DNA from: a virus
DNA: 46,913 nucleotides
Direction: 5' to 3' (one strand)
Virus genome (UHGV): UHGV-0202034
Under the pieces are notes generated by a model. The model did no database searches. It had not been told where the DNA came from and was given only the letters and a program-made list of their open reading frames with translations. The translations under genes and the position numbers were made by a program. Below are positions 26,305-34,715 of this stretch, piece by piece. Numbering within the stretch: position 1 is the first letter of the stretch; every line of letters starts with the position of its first letter.

Positions 26305-26704
26305 TCTTCACCGCCTTGTCCGCTACACGAAGCCATTTATCAAGATTTTCAGCCTTTGACGCCTCGAACCAATGCGATTGCGCCTGATTGTGTCCTGACG
26401 TGTTGAACACAAGATTTTTGTCGGTCAGTACCTTTGTCCCGCCTTTCGGCGCGTAGGTGCTTCCGGTCTCCGGGTCTACCATGACTTTCCCGTAGTACAG
26501 GAACCTTGCGTATGGGCCGGGATAGATGATCGCATTCCCTTCCACCTGTGTTCTGCGGTCGAGGGAACCGGTCAAGAATGGCACATACGGGGCTGTGTCC
26601 TTTCTTGCCTGAAGTGCGACAATATGCTCCGCTTTGGTACACGCCTGCGCGATTGCCTCATGCAATTCATCAAAGCCGTCTGCCTTTACGCTGAATTTCA
26701 GCAT
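26294..26704 (-). CDS. minor capsid / tail completion protein
   Basis: PYVPFLTGSL, PYARFLYYG, HWFE. Confidence 0.7.
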   Translation of the reverse strand: MLKFSVKADGFDELHEAIAQACTKAEHIVALQARKDTAPYVPFLTGSLDRRTQVEGNAIIYPGPYARFLYYGKVMVDPETGSTYAPKGGTKVLTDKNLVFNTSGHNQAQSHWFEASKAENLDKWLRVADKAVKNGR

Positions 26705-26705
26705 A

Positions 26706-27167
26706 TTAGGCCCCTCCGACTTCGAAGTGTCTCATGTCCTGGCTTCCAAAGTCCTTCATATCGACCTTTGTGACCTTGTAAACGTCGTCATAGAGCATTT
26801 CAAGCGCCTGCTCGGTCTTGTCCGGCTCCACGACTTCACCCTTGATAAAGAATGTCGTTCCGCCGTTGCCGTCCGTGGAGAGCGTCCAGATTCCGCTTTT
26901 ATCAGTTGCACGCCAGAATTCTTGCGGGCCGACGTAGCGCTTTTCTGCGCCCGTCACGCCGTCTACAGCAACCGTAGAGAACGGAATGTACAGATTCACC
27001 GCATCCGCGCCCTCAAGCCCGCTCTGGCGGACGTTGGCCGCCTTGGAGGCTTCCAGCAGAACGCCGCGCAGGACGGTGATGTAGGTTTTCTCCACGTCCT
27101 TGAATGTCGCCGGGTCTGTCTCCTGCGAGACGTTGTAGATGGTTACGGTGTGGGGGAACATGGACAC
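26706..27167 (-). CDS. head closure protein (putative)
   Basis: FPHTVTIYN..HFEVGG. Confidence 0.6.
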   Translation of the reverse strand: MSMFPHTVTIYNVSQETDPATFKDVEKTYITVLRGVLLEASKAANVRQSGLEGADAVNLYIPFSTVAVDGVTGAEKRYVGPQEFWRATDKSGIWTLSTDGNGGTTFFIKGEVVEPDKTEQALEMLYDDVYKVTKVDMKDFGSQDMRHFEVGGA

Positions 27168-27559
27168 GGCCCATACCCCCTCGCTTTGAGTAATCCGGTC
27201 GGCCCGAGGTACGCCAGCACGATCTCACGGCGGCGCGTCTCTGTCCGCTGTATATCTGCCTGGGACAGATTTCGTGAACCAAAGCTTCGCGACCAGCCGC
27301 CGACCGTCTCGCTTGATACGGGCCTGTCGGTCGTGTAGACGAGACTGTCCAGCTTCCCAGCGTCCTGCTCCAGCTCGGCCAGCGCACAGACGCAGTTCTG
27401 GACGGCTTCGAGCTTGTCCCCGGCGGCGGAGCGCGCGCGGCTCATGGTGATGTAGTCGACGTAAGCCGATGCCTTGCGGGCGAGGCCGCAAAATTGCTCT
27501 TCATCCAGCGCCGTCCCGCGGTACACAGTCGCGTAATACTCATAATCAGCGTAGATCAT
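27143..27559 (-). CDS. head-tail connector
   Basis: YADYEYY, SSETVGGWSRSF, YLGPTGLL. Confidence 0.75.
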   Translation of the reverse strand: MIYADYEYYATVYRGTALDEEQFCGLARKASAYVDYITMSRARSAAGDKLEAVQNCVCALAELEQDAGKLDSLVYTTDRPVSSETVGGWSRSFGSRNLSQADIQRTETRRREIVLAYLGPTGLLKARGYGPCPCSPTP

Positions 27560-27617
27560 GCTGCGCCCTCCTTCCGGTCAGCCTCCGCGCCCGTCATGCA
27601 GGCGCGGAGGCTCGATT

Positions 27618-28655
27618 TTACTTGCTGACGTCCGCGCCGATGAACAGGCCGTAAGGATCGGGCACGACCGGGATAAACAGGCCGCTTGCCTTTGTCCAGG
27701 TGGTCTTCGGGTCAGGCGTTTCCCACTGGGTGATCGTGATATACTGCTGTGCACTCTTGTCGGTGTACGGGCCATAGCCCTTTTCTTCCGGCGTCACGCC
27801 CCACAGGCCAACGCCGAAGGAATTGGCCATACCATTGGACAGGAATGCAACCTTGTCCTCTGGGAAGAAGCGATACGTCTTTTCCGCGCCGTTTGCGGAC
27901 TGCGCCTTATAGCGCTGGTCGTTGGTCGTGATCTGGCCGAATCCGAACAGCTCGGTAAAGAGGCTGCGCAGCTTCTCGGTGGTGACGTATGTACCAGCGC
28001 CGACCGTGCCGTACACGAGGGTCTGAATGCCCTTGTTGGACGCGAGCTTGCGCAGGATCTTCGTACCGACGACCATTTCGCTCAGCGCGTGGCCGGATGC
28101 CGCCGCCTGATCTGCGATGGCCTGAAGCTGGCCGATGATATCAGCGTCTGCGCCGAAGTCGATCTTGAAGCCGATGTTTGCGGACGGAACGCCGTAATCG
28201 ACGGTCATGTTGAGATTGTTTTCCTTGATGGTCATCTTGCCGGTCGCGATAACTTCCATTTTTGCGACCTCGGTTCTGACCTTGACCGCATCGGCCATCA
28301 GGCGCATATCGTCGAAGACGTAGCTCACAATGGCGTTGTCAGCGTATACGCCGTTTTCGTTGAGCAGCTGCACCCGCTCGGACTGGTTGATCTTGCGCTT
28401 GATAAACAGCTTCTCAACCTCGGTCTTTTCGAGCGCGGGGCGCGTGGCGATCTCTGCCTCGGTGTCAAAGGCGTGGACGGTCGCCATCGTGGGGATCTGT
28501 GCGCCGTTTGCGAGGCGCAGGTACTCGGCCTTGAGGCTTTCGGTTTTCTGATCCGGGAACAACCGGTCTCCGAGGTAGGCCGGGCGCGCGACGGAAATGT
28601 TCTGCGAGAAATCCAGACGGTCAGCGTCGGAAATCAGTTCAAGAATGTCAGGCAT
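27618..28655 (-). CDS. major capsid protein
   Basis: 345 aa; LGDRLFP, AFDTEA; after scaffold and decoration genes. Confidence 0.85.
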   Translation of the reverse strand: MPDILELISDADRLDFSQNISVARPAYLGDRLFPDQKTESLKAEYLRLANGAQIPTMATVHAFDTEAEIATRPALEKTEVEKLFIKRKINQSERVQLLNENGVYADNAIVSYVFDDMRLMADAVKVRTEVAKMEVIATGKMTIKENNLNMTVDYGVPSANIGFKIDFGADADIIGQLQAIADQAAASGHALSEMVVGTKILRKLASNKGIQTLVYGTVGAGTYVTTEKLRSLFTELFGFGQITTNDQRYKAQSANGAEKTYRFFPEDKVAFLSNGMANSFGVGLWGVTPEEKGYGPYTDKSAQQYITITQWETPDPKTTWTKASGLFIPVVPDPYGLFIGADVSK

Positions 28656-28673
28656 GGTGTTTTTCCTCCTTCT

Positions 28674-29228
28674 TTAGGGTGTAGTCCACACGGGGTACAG
28701 GGTCACATTGCCGGTCATTTCGACCTTGGAGACGGCAGCGCCGCCCTTAGACGTGCTCCAGCCGGTCTGGGTGTTGCCGCTCTTGGTCAACGGGTATTCG
28801 GTCGAGACGTCGGCATAGGAGCCCTCTGTGTAGACGTTCTCGTCGACGGGCGGCGTGCCGCTGCCGTCGTTTTTGTCGTAGGTCACGGTATATCCGCGCG
28901 TGATCTCCGGCGCGTCAACAAATGTGAAGCCCTTGCCGGACAGCGCGGTCTTTGCTGCGGAGGCCAGCGACAGGCGGTCTGCCAGCACACGGCCCGCGAC
29001 CATCACGGAGCCGGGCATATTGCCGTCCGTCACATCGATATCCTCAAACACGATGCCGACTGCGTTCGAGTTGTCGGACGGGAACGGCGTACCGGCCTTT
29101 ACGATCTTGTGCTTGCCGTCCTGCACGCCCATCGACGCGGGGATTTCACGGGTTTTCAGGACGAGGCCGACTTCGCTTTCGAGGAAATTCGGCCTGACTT
29201 CTGCTTTTGTGTTTACAACGATAGACAT
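28674..29228 (-). CDS. head decoration protein with C-terminal InlB B-repeat-like domain
   Basis: KIVKAGTPFP; YTVTYDKNDGSG..GWST..VTLYPVW. Confidence 0.7.
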   Translation of the reverse strand: MSIVVNTKAEVRPNFLESEVGLVLKTREIPASMGVQDGKHKIVKAGTPFPSDNSNAVGIVFEDIDVTDGNMPGSVMVAGRVLADRLSLASAAKTALSGKGFTFVDAPEITRGYTVTYDKNDGSGTPPVDENVYTEGSYADVSTEYPLTKSGNTQTGWSTSKGGAAVSKVEMTGNVTLYPVWTTP

Positions 29229-29236
29229 TTTTCAAA

Positions 29237-29827
29237 TCACTCCTTGTTTGGTGTCTGCGCAAACTGCGCGTTGAACTGCTGCGCGTACATTGCGCCCTTG
29301 CTCTTTGCCGCCGGTGCGCCGCCCTGGCCGACAGGCTTGACGAATGTAGGCGCGGGCTTGTCGGACTGGAACGCGGTCGGGTCTGCTTCGAGCTGGGCCT
29401 TGTGCCACTCGTCGAAGCCAGTCAGCTCGCCGTCCTTCAGTTCAAGGTGCTTTTCCTTGAGGTCGGCAAGGTAGGCTTTCTCGGCGGCCTTGGAGGAAAA
29501 CTTGACGCCCTTTGCCGTGATCGCGCGGTTCATAGCGTCGGCGTAGTCCCGGCTTGCCAGCTGCGCCTTGTAATCTTCGGTTTCCTTGGTGTACCGGCCC
29601 TGAAGGTCTTCGAGCTGCTTGCGGACGCTCTCGGCGTCCCCGCTGGACTTCCGCAGGTCTTCGATGTCCTTGTCGCGGTCGGCCAGCTGCTGCCGGGCGG
29701 CGTTCAGGTCTTCCTTGGCTTGATCCGCTTTTTGCTTCTCCCGGCCGATGTCGCGGCTGTTCTCGTCAAGGATCTTGTCGACGGTATCCTTATCGAGCCC
29801 CAGTCCTTCCAAAAAATCTCGCTTCAT
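29237..29827 (-). CDS. scaffolding protein (GP20-like)
   Basis: MKRDFLEGLGL, coiled coil. Confidence 0.8.
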   Translation of the reverse strand: MKRDFLEGLGLDKDTVDKILDENSRDIGREKQKADQAKEDLNAARQQLADRDKDIEDLRKSSGDAESVRKQLEDLQGRYTKETEDYKAQLASRDYADAMNRAITAKGVKFSSKAAEKAYLADLKEKHLELKDGELTGFDEWHKAQLEADPTAFQSDKPAPTFVKPVGQGGAPAAKSKGAMYAQQFNAQFAQTPNKE

Positions 29828-30004
29828 GGGTTCTCCTTCACAGCTTCGCTTTGTTCTCGCGGGTCGCGTCCGCTGCTGCCCCGTAGTTTAGCGACTTCGG
29901 GCCGGTCAAGATTTGATAAAACAAAAAGAGCCAACCTGTAAGAAATCCTTACAAGGTGGCTCATCGTGCCATTCCGCGCGCTCGATTGCGCTGCGGTATC
30001 TGTA

Positions 30005-30133
30005 TTATTTTTTCAATTCTTCCGCCTTGATGATCTGCGCCTTGACTGTTCCGTCCTTCATGCGCTTCAGCTGAACGCGGAACCCGGCGGCAAGCGCCCG
30101 CTCAATGGCGGCTTTCAGTTTTTCGTCAATCAT
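30005..30133 (-). CDS. small hypothetical protein (42 aa)
   Basis: MIDEKLKAAIERALAAGFRVQLKRMKDG; read directly, below ORF-track cutoff. Confidence 0.55.
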   Translation of the reverse strand: MIDEKLKAAIERALAAGFRVQLKRMKDGTVKAQIIKAEELKK

Positions 30134-31319
30134 ATAACACCTTCATTCTCTCCGGCTGCTCTGGCAGCCCTGCGGCCTTGCTAAAATCATGGTATTTCGT
30201 GTTCAGGCGGCGCAGCTTGGCTGCTGCGGCAGTCTCTTTGTCCTTTAGACCAGCGGCTTTATAGGCGTTTTTCAGCTTCTTTTGGTTTCTGATTGCCCGC
30301 TCAAGCCTGCGCTGCATCTGGGTCGCTTCGTATGCGGTATATTTCTTTCCGTCGAACTCGCAGCCGAGGCCGTCGTCGATGTGCTCCAGCTGCTCCTCGG
30401 AATAGGTAGGCTCCATGATTCCGGGGAGAAATGCGTGTTTGTAGTGGCGGCAATTTGCTCCGGTCAGGCCGTCTGCATAGCCGTATCCGGTCGTCTCCAC
30501 GAGATCCTTGTACTGCCCAAGCGGGTCAGGCTCTCCGTTTTCGCTTTTATAATAAATTTTCCCTTGCCAATCCTTATGGCTCGACCACGGGGACGGGCCG
30601 GGCTTGTCTCGTGCGCCGGAGTGGGCTGTGATCTCAAAATACCGGGTATCCAGATATTCCGCCGACTGGTCGGAATACTTGTCGCAGATTTGCGCTACAC
30701 CTGTCATAACGGCCCTGCGGGCGGCCACGTCGATTTGATCTGTGTGCCCGCTTTCATAGTCTACGACTTTGATTCCGCTTTCTGCCAGCTGCTTGACGGC
30801 GTTGGCAATCGCCTGATTATAGCTGATCGCCCCGCTCTGAATTTGCAGCGTTGACGAATTTAGGGCCCACTGATATGCTTGCGCAGGCGGAAGCATTCTC
30901 TGGCCATTGTCCACTAAAAACCCCAAAGATTGCGTCAGATTTCGGAATTCTCCGAGCGTCTGCCTGCGGATCGCGTCGATATCGGAGGCGTCTACCAGCC
31001 GGTCAGGCTTTGTCACATCGGCCAGCGTGATAAGGCCGTTGTAATAGCGCTGATTGCGCTCTACAACGTCGTCCAGCAGCTTGTTCAGCTTTTCCTCGCC
31101 GATATCCGCCGTCTTCTGGATCTCCTTTCTGATCTTCTTGAGGTCGATGCCGTGTGACCGCAGCGCCCGAATATCCTGCACCGTTACCTCGTTCAGCTCA
31201 TCCGCAGCTTTAAGCCGGGAGCAGATTTCTTCCAGCAGCGTTATTTCAAGAGCACGGAACAATTCTGCCAGTTCTTCCGGGAGGGCGTCAAGTAATTCAG
31301 GAGTAAATGGGTATTTCAT
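30126..31319 (-). CDS. minor capsid protein (MuF-related)
   Basis: DVAARRAVMTG, HSGAR, GANCRH, YEATQMQR. Confidence 0.85.
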   Translation of the reverse strand: MKYPFTPELLDALPEELAELFRALEITLLEEICSRLKAADELNEVTVQDIRALRSHGIDLKKIRKEIQKTADIGEEKLNKLLDDVVERNQRYYNGLITLADVTKPDRLVDASDIDAIRRQTLGEFRNLTQSLGFLVDNGQRMLPPAQAYQWALNSSTLQIQSGAISYNQAIANAVKQLAESGIKVVDYESGHTDQIDVAARRAVMTGVAQICDKYSDQSAEYLDTRYFEITAHSGARDKPGPSPWSSHKDWQGKIYYKSENGEPDPLGQYKDLVETTGYGYADGLTGANCRHYKHAFLPGIMEPTYSEEQLEHIDDGLGCEFDGKKYTAYEATQMQRRLERAIRNQKKLKNAYKAAGLKDKETAAAAKLRRLNTKYHDFSKAAGLPEQPERMKVLYD

Positions 31320-31322
31320 TTG

Positions 31323-31751
31323 TTATTTCTTGCGCCGCCATTGCTTTTTCTTCCCATCCCATGATAAGCCATTGGCTTTTGCAACATTGCGCAAATTGTA
31401 CGTTTGCCCCGAAATCGATTGCACCTTAGACCAGTCAATACCAAACGTTTCCCCGTTTATTGCCCCGGCTTGAATTATGTACTTCGTGTTCACAGTTCTA
31501 TTTGTTTTTGCGGTTTTTTCATAAGAATCCGCTTTTGCATAGCTGAATGTCAGGTTTCCGTTTCCATCCGTCTTCGCTTCCAAGATTTCGTCGTGATGGT
31601 ATGCAGGGCTCCACCCTCTGGCTTCGCGCATATAGGATTCTATTTCCCTCGGCTTGCCTCCAATAATGGTTCCATCTTTGCTGCCTCCGGCAGGGATTCT
31701 TCCGGATTTTCCGCGGTCTCCAGCTCCGCCTGCGCCTCCACGTCCGCCCAT
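31323..31751 (-). CDS. MGGRG-leader protein 3
   Basis: starts MGGRGGAGG; 142 aa. Confidence 0.75.
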   Translation of the reverse strand: MGGRGGAGGAGDRGKSGRIPAGGSKDGTIIGGKPREIESYMREARGWSPAYHHDEILEAKTDGNGNLTFSYAKADSYEKTAKTNRTVNTKYIIQAGAINGETFGIDWSKVQSISGQTYNLRNVAKANGLSWDGKKKQWRRKK

Positions 31752-32368
31752 TTTGCTTTCCTCCGTTTCACAATATCATCATAGTGCGGCTTTACCCGTA
31801 TCAAATTCCAGTCGCATTCTTCCGGCACTTTCCCGTAGAATATCACCCATTCCGGGGATAGCCGTTTCATCATTTCTTCGTAGCCGCGCAGGAACAGGCG
31901 CTTGCTTTCAGCGTTTGCCTGCGTTCCCACCGAGGAAACCGCCACAACACCGCCGACAGGTTCACCGTCAAAGCACCAGTCATAACTATTCTCATCGCTC
32001 CATGAGATTGTCGGATAAACCGTCATGCCGTGAAGCTGCCAGTATGCGGCCATCCAGTGCTTGCGGTAATGGTTGTATATCTGCATGGCCATCGGCATAT
32101 CCGTGTAGGTGGAGAAGTCCGGCGCGCAAACCGCCGCAAACTGCGACAGTTGCGGAATGTACTTGTCAGGCGTGTTCCAATACCGGATGAATTGATAATC
32201 GTCCACGAAGAAATGCACGATCTTGCTTTTCGTGTCTTTCGCGGTGTAATGGTAATTTATGGGGATAAACTCACCTTGTGGGTATGCCTTGACCGGCTCG
32301 ATCTGCGGAATGTCGTACTTTCCAACTCCGGGGAATGTGAACTTGTCGAGATTTTCAAAGTTAATCAT
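31640..32368 (-). CDS. DUF4417-like protein
   Basis: VHFFVDDYQF, PDFSTYTDMP, YNHYRKHW, PTISW, VAVSSVG. Confidence 0.75.
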   Translation of the reverse strand: MINFENLDKFTFPGVGKYDIPQIEPVKAYPQGEFIPINYHYTAKDTKSKIVHFFVDDYQFIRYWNTPDKYIPQLSQFAAVCAPDFSTYTDMPMAMQIYNHYRKHWMAAYWQLHGMTVYPTISWSDENSYDWCFDGEPVGGVVAVSSVGTQANAESKRLFLRGYEEMMKRLSPEWVIFYGKVPEECDWNLIRVKPHYDDIVKRRKAKWADVEAQAELETAENPEESLPEAAKMEPLLEASRGK

Positions 32369-32417
32369 AAATCCCCCAGCAAACAAAAATGCCGCAAGAT
32401 ACATTTCTGTACCTTAC

Positions 32418-32495
32418 GGCATAGCAAGCGCCCGGATTCTAACCGGAGTTCCCGCAGTCACGGTGTAATCACCCTATACGACTACTTGCTATGCC
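32418..32495 (-). ncRNA. degenerate tRNA-like element
   Basis: acceptor-like stem, D-like loop with GG, TCCGG-TTAGAAT-CCGGG T arm, stunted anticodon arm. Confidence 0.45.
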
Positions 32496-32868
32496 TATTA
32501 TACCAAGCCTTTTTTACGAATGCAACCAGCTTCTTTTCGTCTGCCGTCAATGCTCTTGTTCCGCCTTCATCGTGATAATACCCGATGTGCGTATGCACTC
32601 CCTTGAATTGCTCATGGCTATGCAGAAGATTGATTGTTTTTACACGCTTTCCATCTGCACCGTAATAGCTGATTGCATTGATTTTGCCCTCATCGTTTAT
32701 CGTTGCGTAAATGCGCCCTTTGGTCATAGTTTCCAATGGGTCTTTTGCGTTCAATGCCGCATTTTGCTTTACAAACTTTACGTTCCCAGCTTTTAGAAGC
32801 GTCCTAAACTCGCTCCCGTAAGGCTTTCCCTTTTCGCTCATGCCGCTGCTTGCGCCGCGTCCACCCAT
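32482..32868 (-). CDS. MGGRG-leader protein 2, HxH motif
   Basis: starts MGGRGASSG; HSH..HTHIGYYHDE. Confidence 0.75.
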   Translation of the reverse strand: MGGRGASSGMSEKGKPYGSEFRTLLKAGNVKFVKQNAALNAKDPLETMTKGRIYATINDEGKINAISYYGADGKRVKTINLLHSHEQFKGVHTHIGYYHDEGGTRALTADEKKLVAFVKKAWYNRHSK

Positions 32869-32883
32869 GAATTATCTCTCCAT

Positions 32884-33327
32884 TTACATCCATTGTCCGC
32901 CGCGCCTCTTTGCTTTTGCATTTCCTGCCGACGCTTGCCGTTTGTACCTTTCGTACTCTGCTCGTGCGCCTTCCATAGCAGTAACCGCCCGTTCCTGCAA
33001 AGAAATTTTCTCGCGCAATGCGGCTTTCATGCCATCAATGGACGCTTGAGACATACCGTAAGACTTTCCCATTTGGTTTGCCTCTCGCAAATCGCGTTTT
33101 AGTGCATCGATGTCTTTGCGAGTATCCGCAATCAGACTTCTTCCGGTAACATCTTGGTGGACATACATCTGATAGCCGGTTGTCTCTTTGGTCGCGCCGC
33201 TTTCAATAGCAAACGCAGCTTCAAAGCTACGGGCGTTCTCCATTTCGATATTGTATGAGTTTTTGTAATCGGGAGAAGATGCGTTTCGACTCCCAATGCC
33301 GCCACCGGTTCCACCTCTGCCGCCCAT
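32884..33327 (-). CDS. MGGRG-leader protein 1, helical
   Basis: starts MGGRGGTGG; TGATG overlap with portal stop. Confidence 0.75.
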   Translation of the reverse strand: MGGRGGTGGGIGSRNASSPDYKNSYNIEMENARSFEAAFAIESGATKETTGYQMYVHQDVTGRSLIADTRKDIDALKRDLREANQMGKSYGMSQASIDGMKAALREKISLQERAVTAMEGARAEYERYKRQASAGNAKAKRRGGQWM

Positions 33328-34715
33328 CACTCTACCTCCTGTTGCTGTTCAGTTACCATGTCCTGCGCCCGCGGAAGCATTGCCTTTGCAGTCGCTTCGT
33401 CCTCGCCGTACCATTTCGCGCGGTATTCCCAGTCGTTGAGGATACCGTCAGCGAGGTCGAGCCGGTCGTTGGCCCGCTCCTGCTCTTTCTTCTCGGCATC
33501 ATCCAGGATGGAATCGCCCCAGCTGTAATCGATGCTGTACGTCCCGGCAGGCGCGAGGTTGTAGAGCGTCGCGTATGTATCGAGCGCGTAGAGCAGGCTG
33601 TCAAACGTATGTTCAAGCGCCGTCTGAATGCTGTCGATCAGCACATATTTGCGCTGCTTGCTGTTGCGGATCTCCGTCGCGGTCTTCTCGACGGTCTGCG
33701 GATCAGAGATATCGCCATAGGCCAGCCCGACGTTAAACTCGATGCGGCGGAGTGTGTTCTGGAAGCCTCGGTAAATCGCCTCGTCGCGGATCTGCGGCTC
33801 GATGTACTGAAAGAATTCGCCGGACGTGGAGAACGGCCCAAGCTCGAACATGCGCTTGTTGAACATATCCGCAGTCGAACTCGTGCCATCCATCAGGACT
33901 TTGCGCTCGCTGGAGCGATATTCCCAGCGCAGGCGCTCCCACTGCTCATCGGCCTGCTTGATCAGCTGCACAGTAGCCGCGTCTCCGTAGACGGACATTC
34001 CGCAGGGGCTGTTTGCGTCCGTTGTGTTGGCCGCAGGCGGGCGGAAGTACGCGAAGAGCGGCCCGCTCATATTCTGGATCGTGATCTCCGGCTGAATGTC
34101 CGCCCATTCCGGGACGGCGTTCAGGGGCGCTTCTGCGCCGACTGTGCCGGAAGCGTCGCTGTAATACGCTTTATTGCGGATCGTGTATGTCGTGCCGTCC
34201 AGCTCGTGCGATTCGAGGCGGATATAATACTTCCCGCCCACTTTCGCGGGCTTGTCCCGGAAGACGCCTCCGATGCAGCGCCCGGCGGGATCAAACTTCG
34301 TTGGCTGGAACGCCGCCGCGCCGGTCACGTCGACCAGCAGCTGCTCTCCGTAGATATACGGCTTAAATGCTACACCGCCGAGCGCAAGCCCCAGCTCCAA
34401 TGCGCTGTGAAAATTCTCTTCCGCCCGCTCGAAGCAGTTTTTCAGATAATCTGCACGGGCGCTGCCGGTGATGTTGGCCGTCAGCTCGGCCAGCGTCGGT
34501 CGTGCAATCTCCCGGCAGATCGCTGCCGGAATCCCGACAGCAATGACATCGCACGTCTGCCAGGGTGGATTTCCAATAAACATCGCGTACCAGAGGCTTA
34601 TATTCTGCTCCATCTTCGGGCTGACTGCCGGAGATACGCCGAATTCCCGCTCGGCCACTGCCTGCGGGAAAAGCATATTCCGGAACCACCCTCGAATGTT
34701 TGTCAAAAGGCTCAT
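33327..34715 (-). CDS. portal protein (A118/SPP1-like)
   Basis: follows TerL; RRIEFNVGLAYG, KTATEI. Confidence 0.88.
   Translation of the reverse strand: MSLLTNIRGWFRNMLFPQAVAEREFGVSPAVSPKMEQNISLWYAMFIGNPPWQTCDVIAVGIPAAICREIARPTLAELTANITGSARADYLKNCFERAEENFHSALELGLALGGVAFKPYIYGEQLLVDVTGAAAFQPTKFDPAGRCIGGVFRDKPAKVGGKYYIRLESHELDGTTYTIRNKAYYSDASGTVGAEAPLNAVPEWADIQPEITIQNMSGPLFAYFRPPAANTTDANSPCGMSVYGDAATVQLIKQADEQWERLRWEYRSSERKVLMDGTSSTADMFNKRMFELGPFSTSGEFFQYIEPQIRDEAIYRGFQNTLRRIEFNVGLAYGDISDPQTVEKTATEIRNSKQRKYVLIDSIQTALEHTFDSLLYALDTYATLYNLAPAGTYSIDYSWGDSILDDAEKKEQERANDRLDLADGILNDWEYRAKWYGEDEATAKAMLPRAQDMVTEQQQEVE

Noticed and set aside
27558..29474. 638 aa plus-strand ORF (and similar ORFs at 17406-18842, 33255-34826, 7800-8846)
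   Set aside because: Antisense shadows of GC-rich structural genes with no recognisable motifs.
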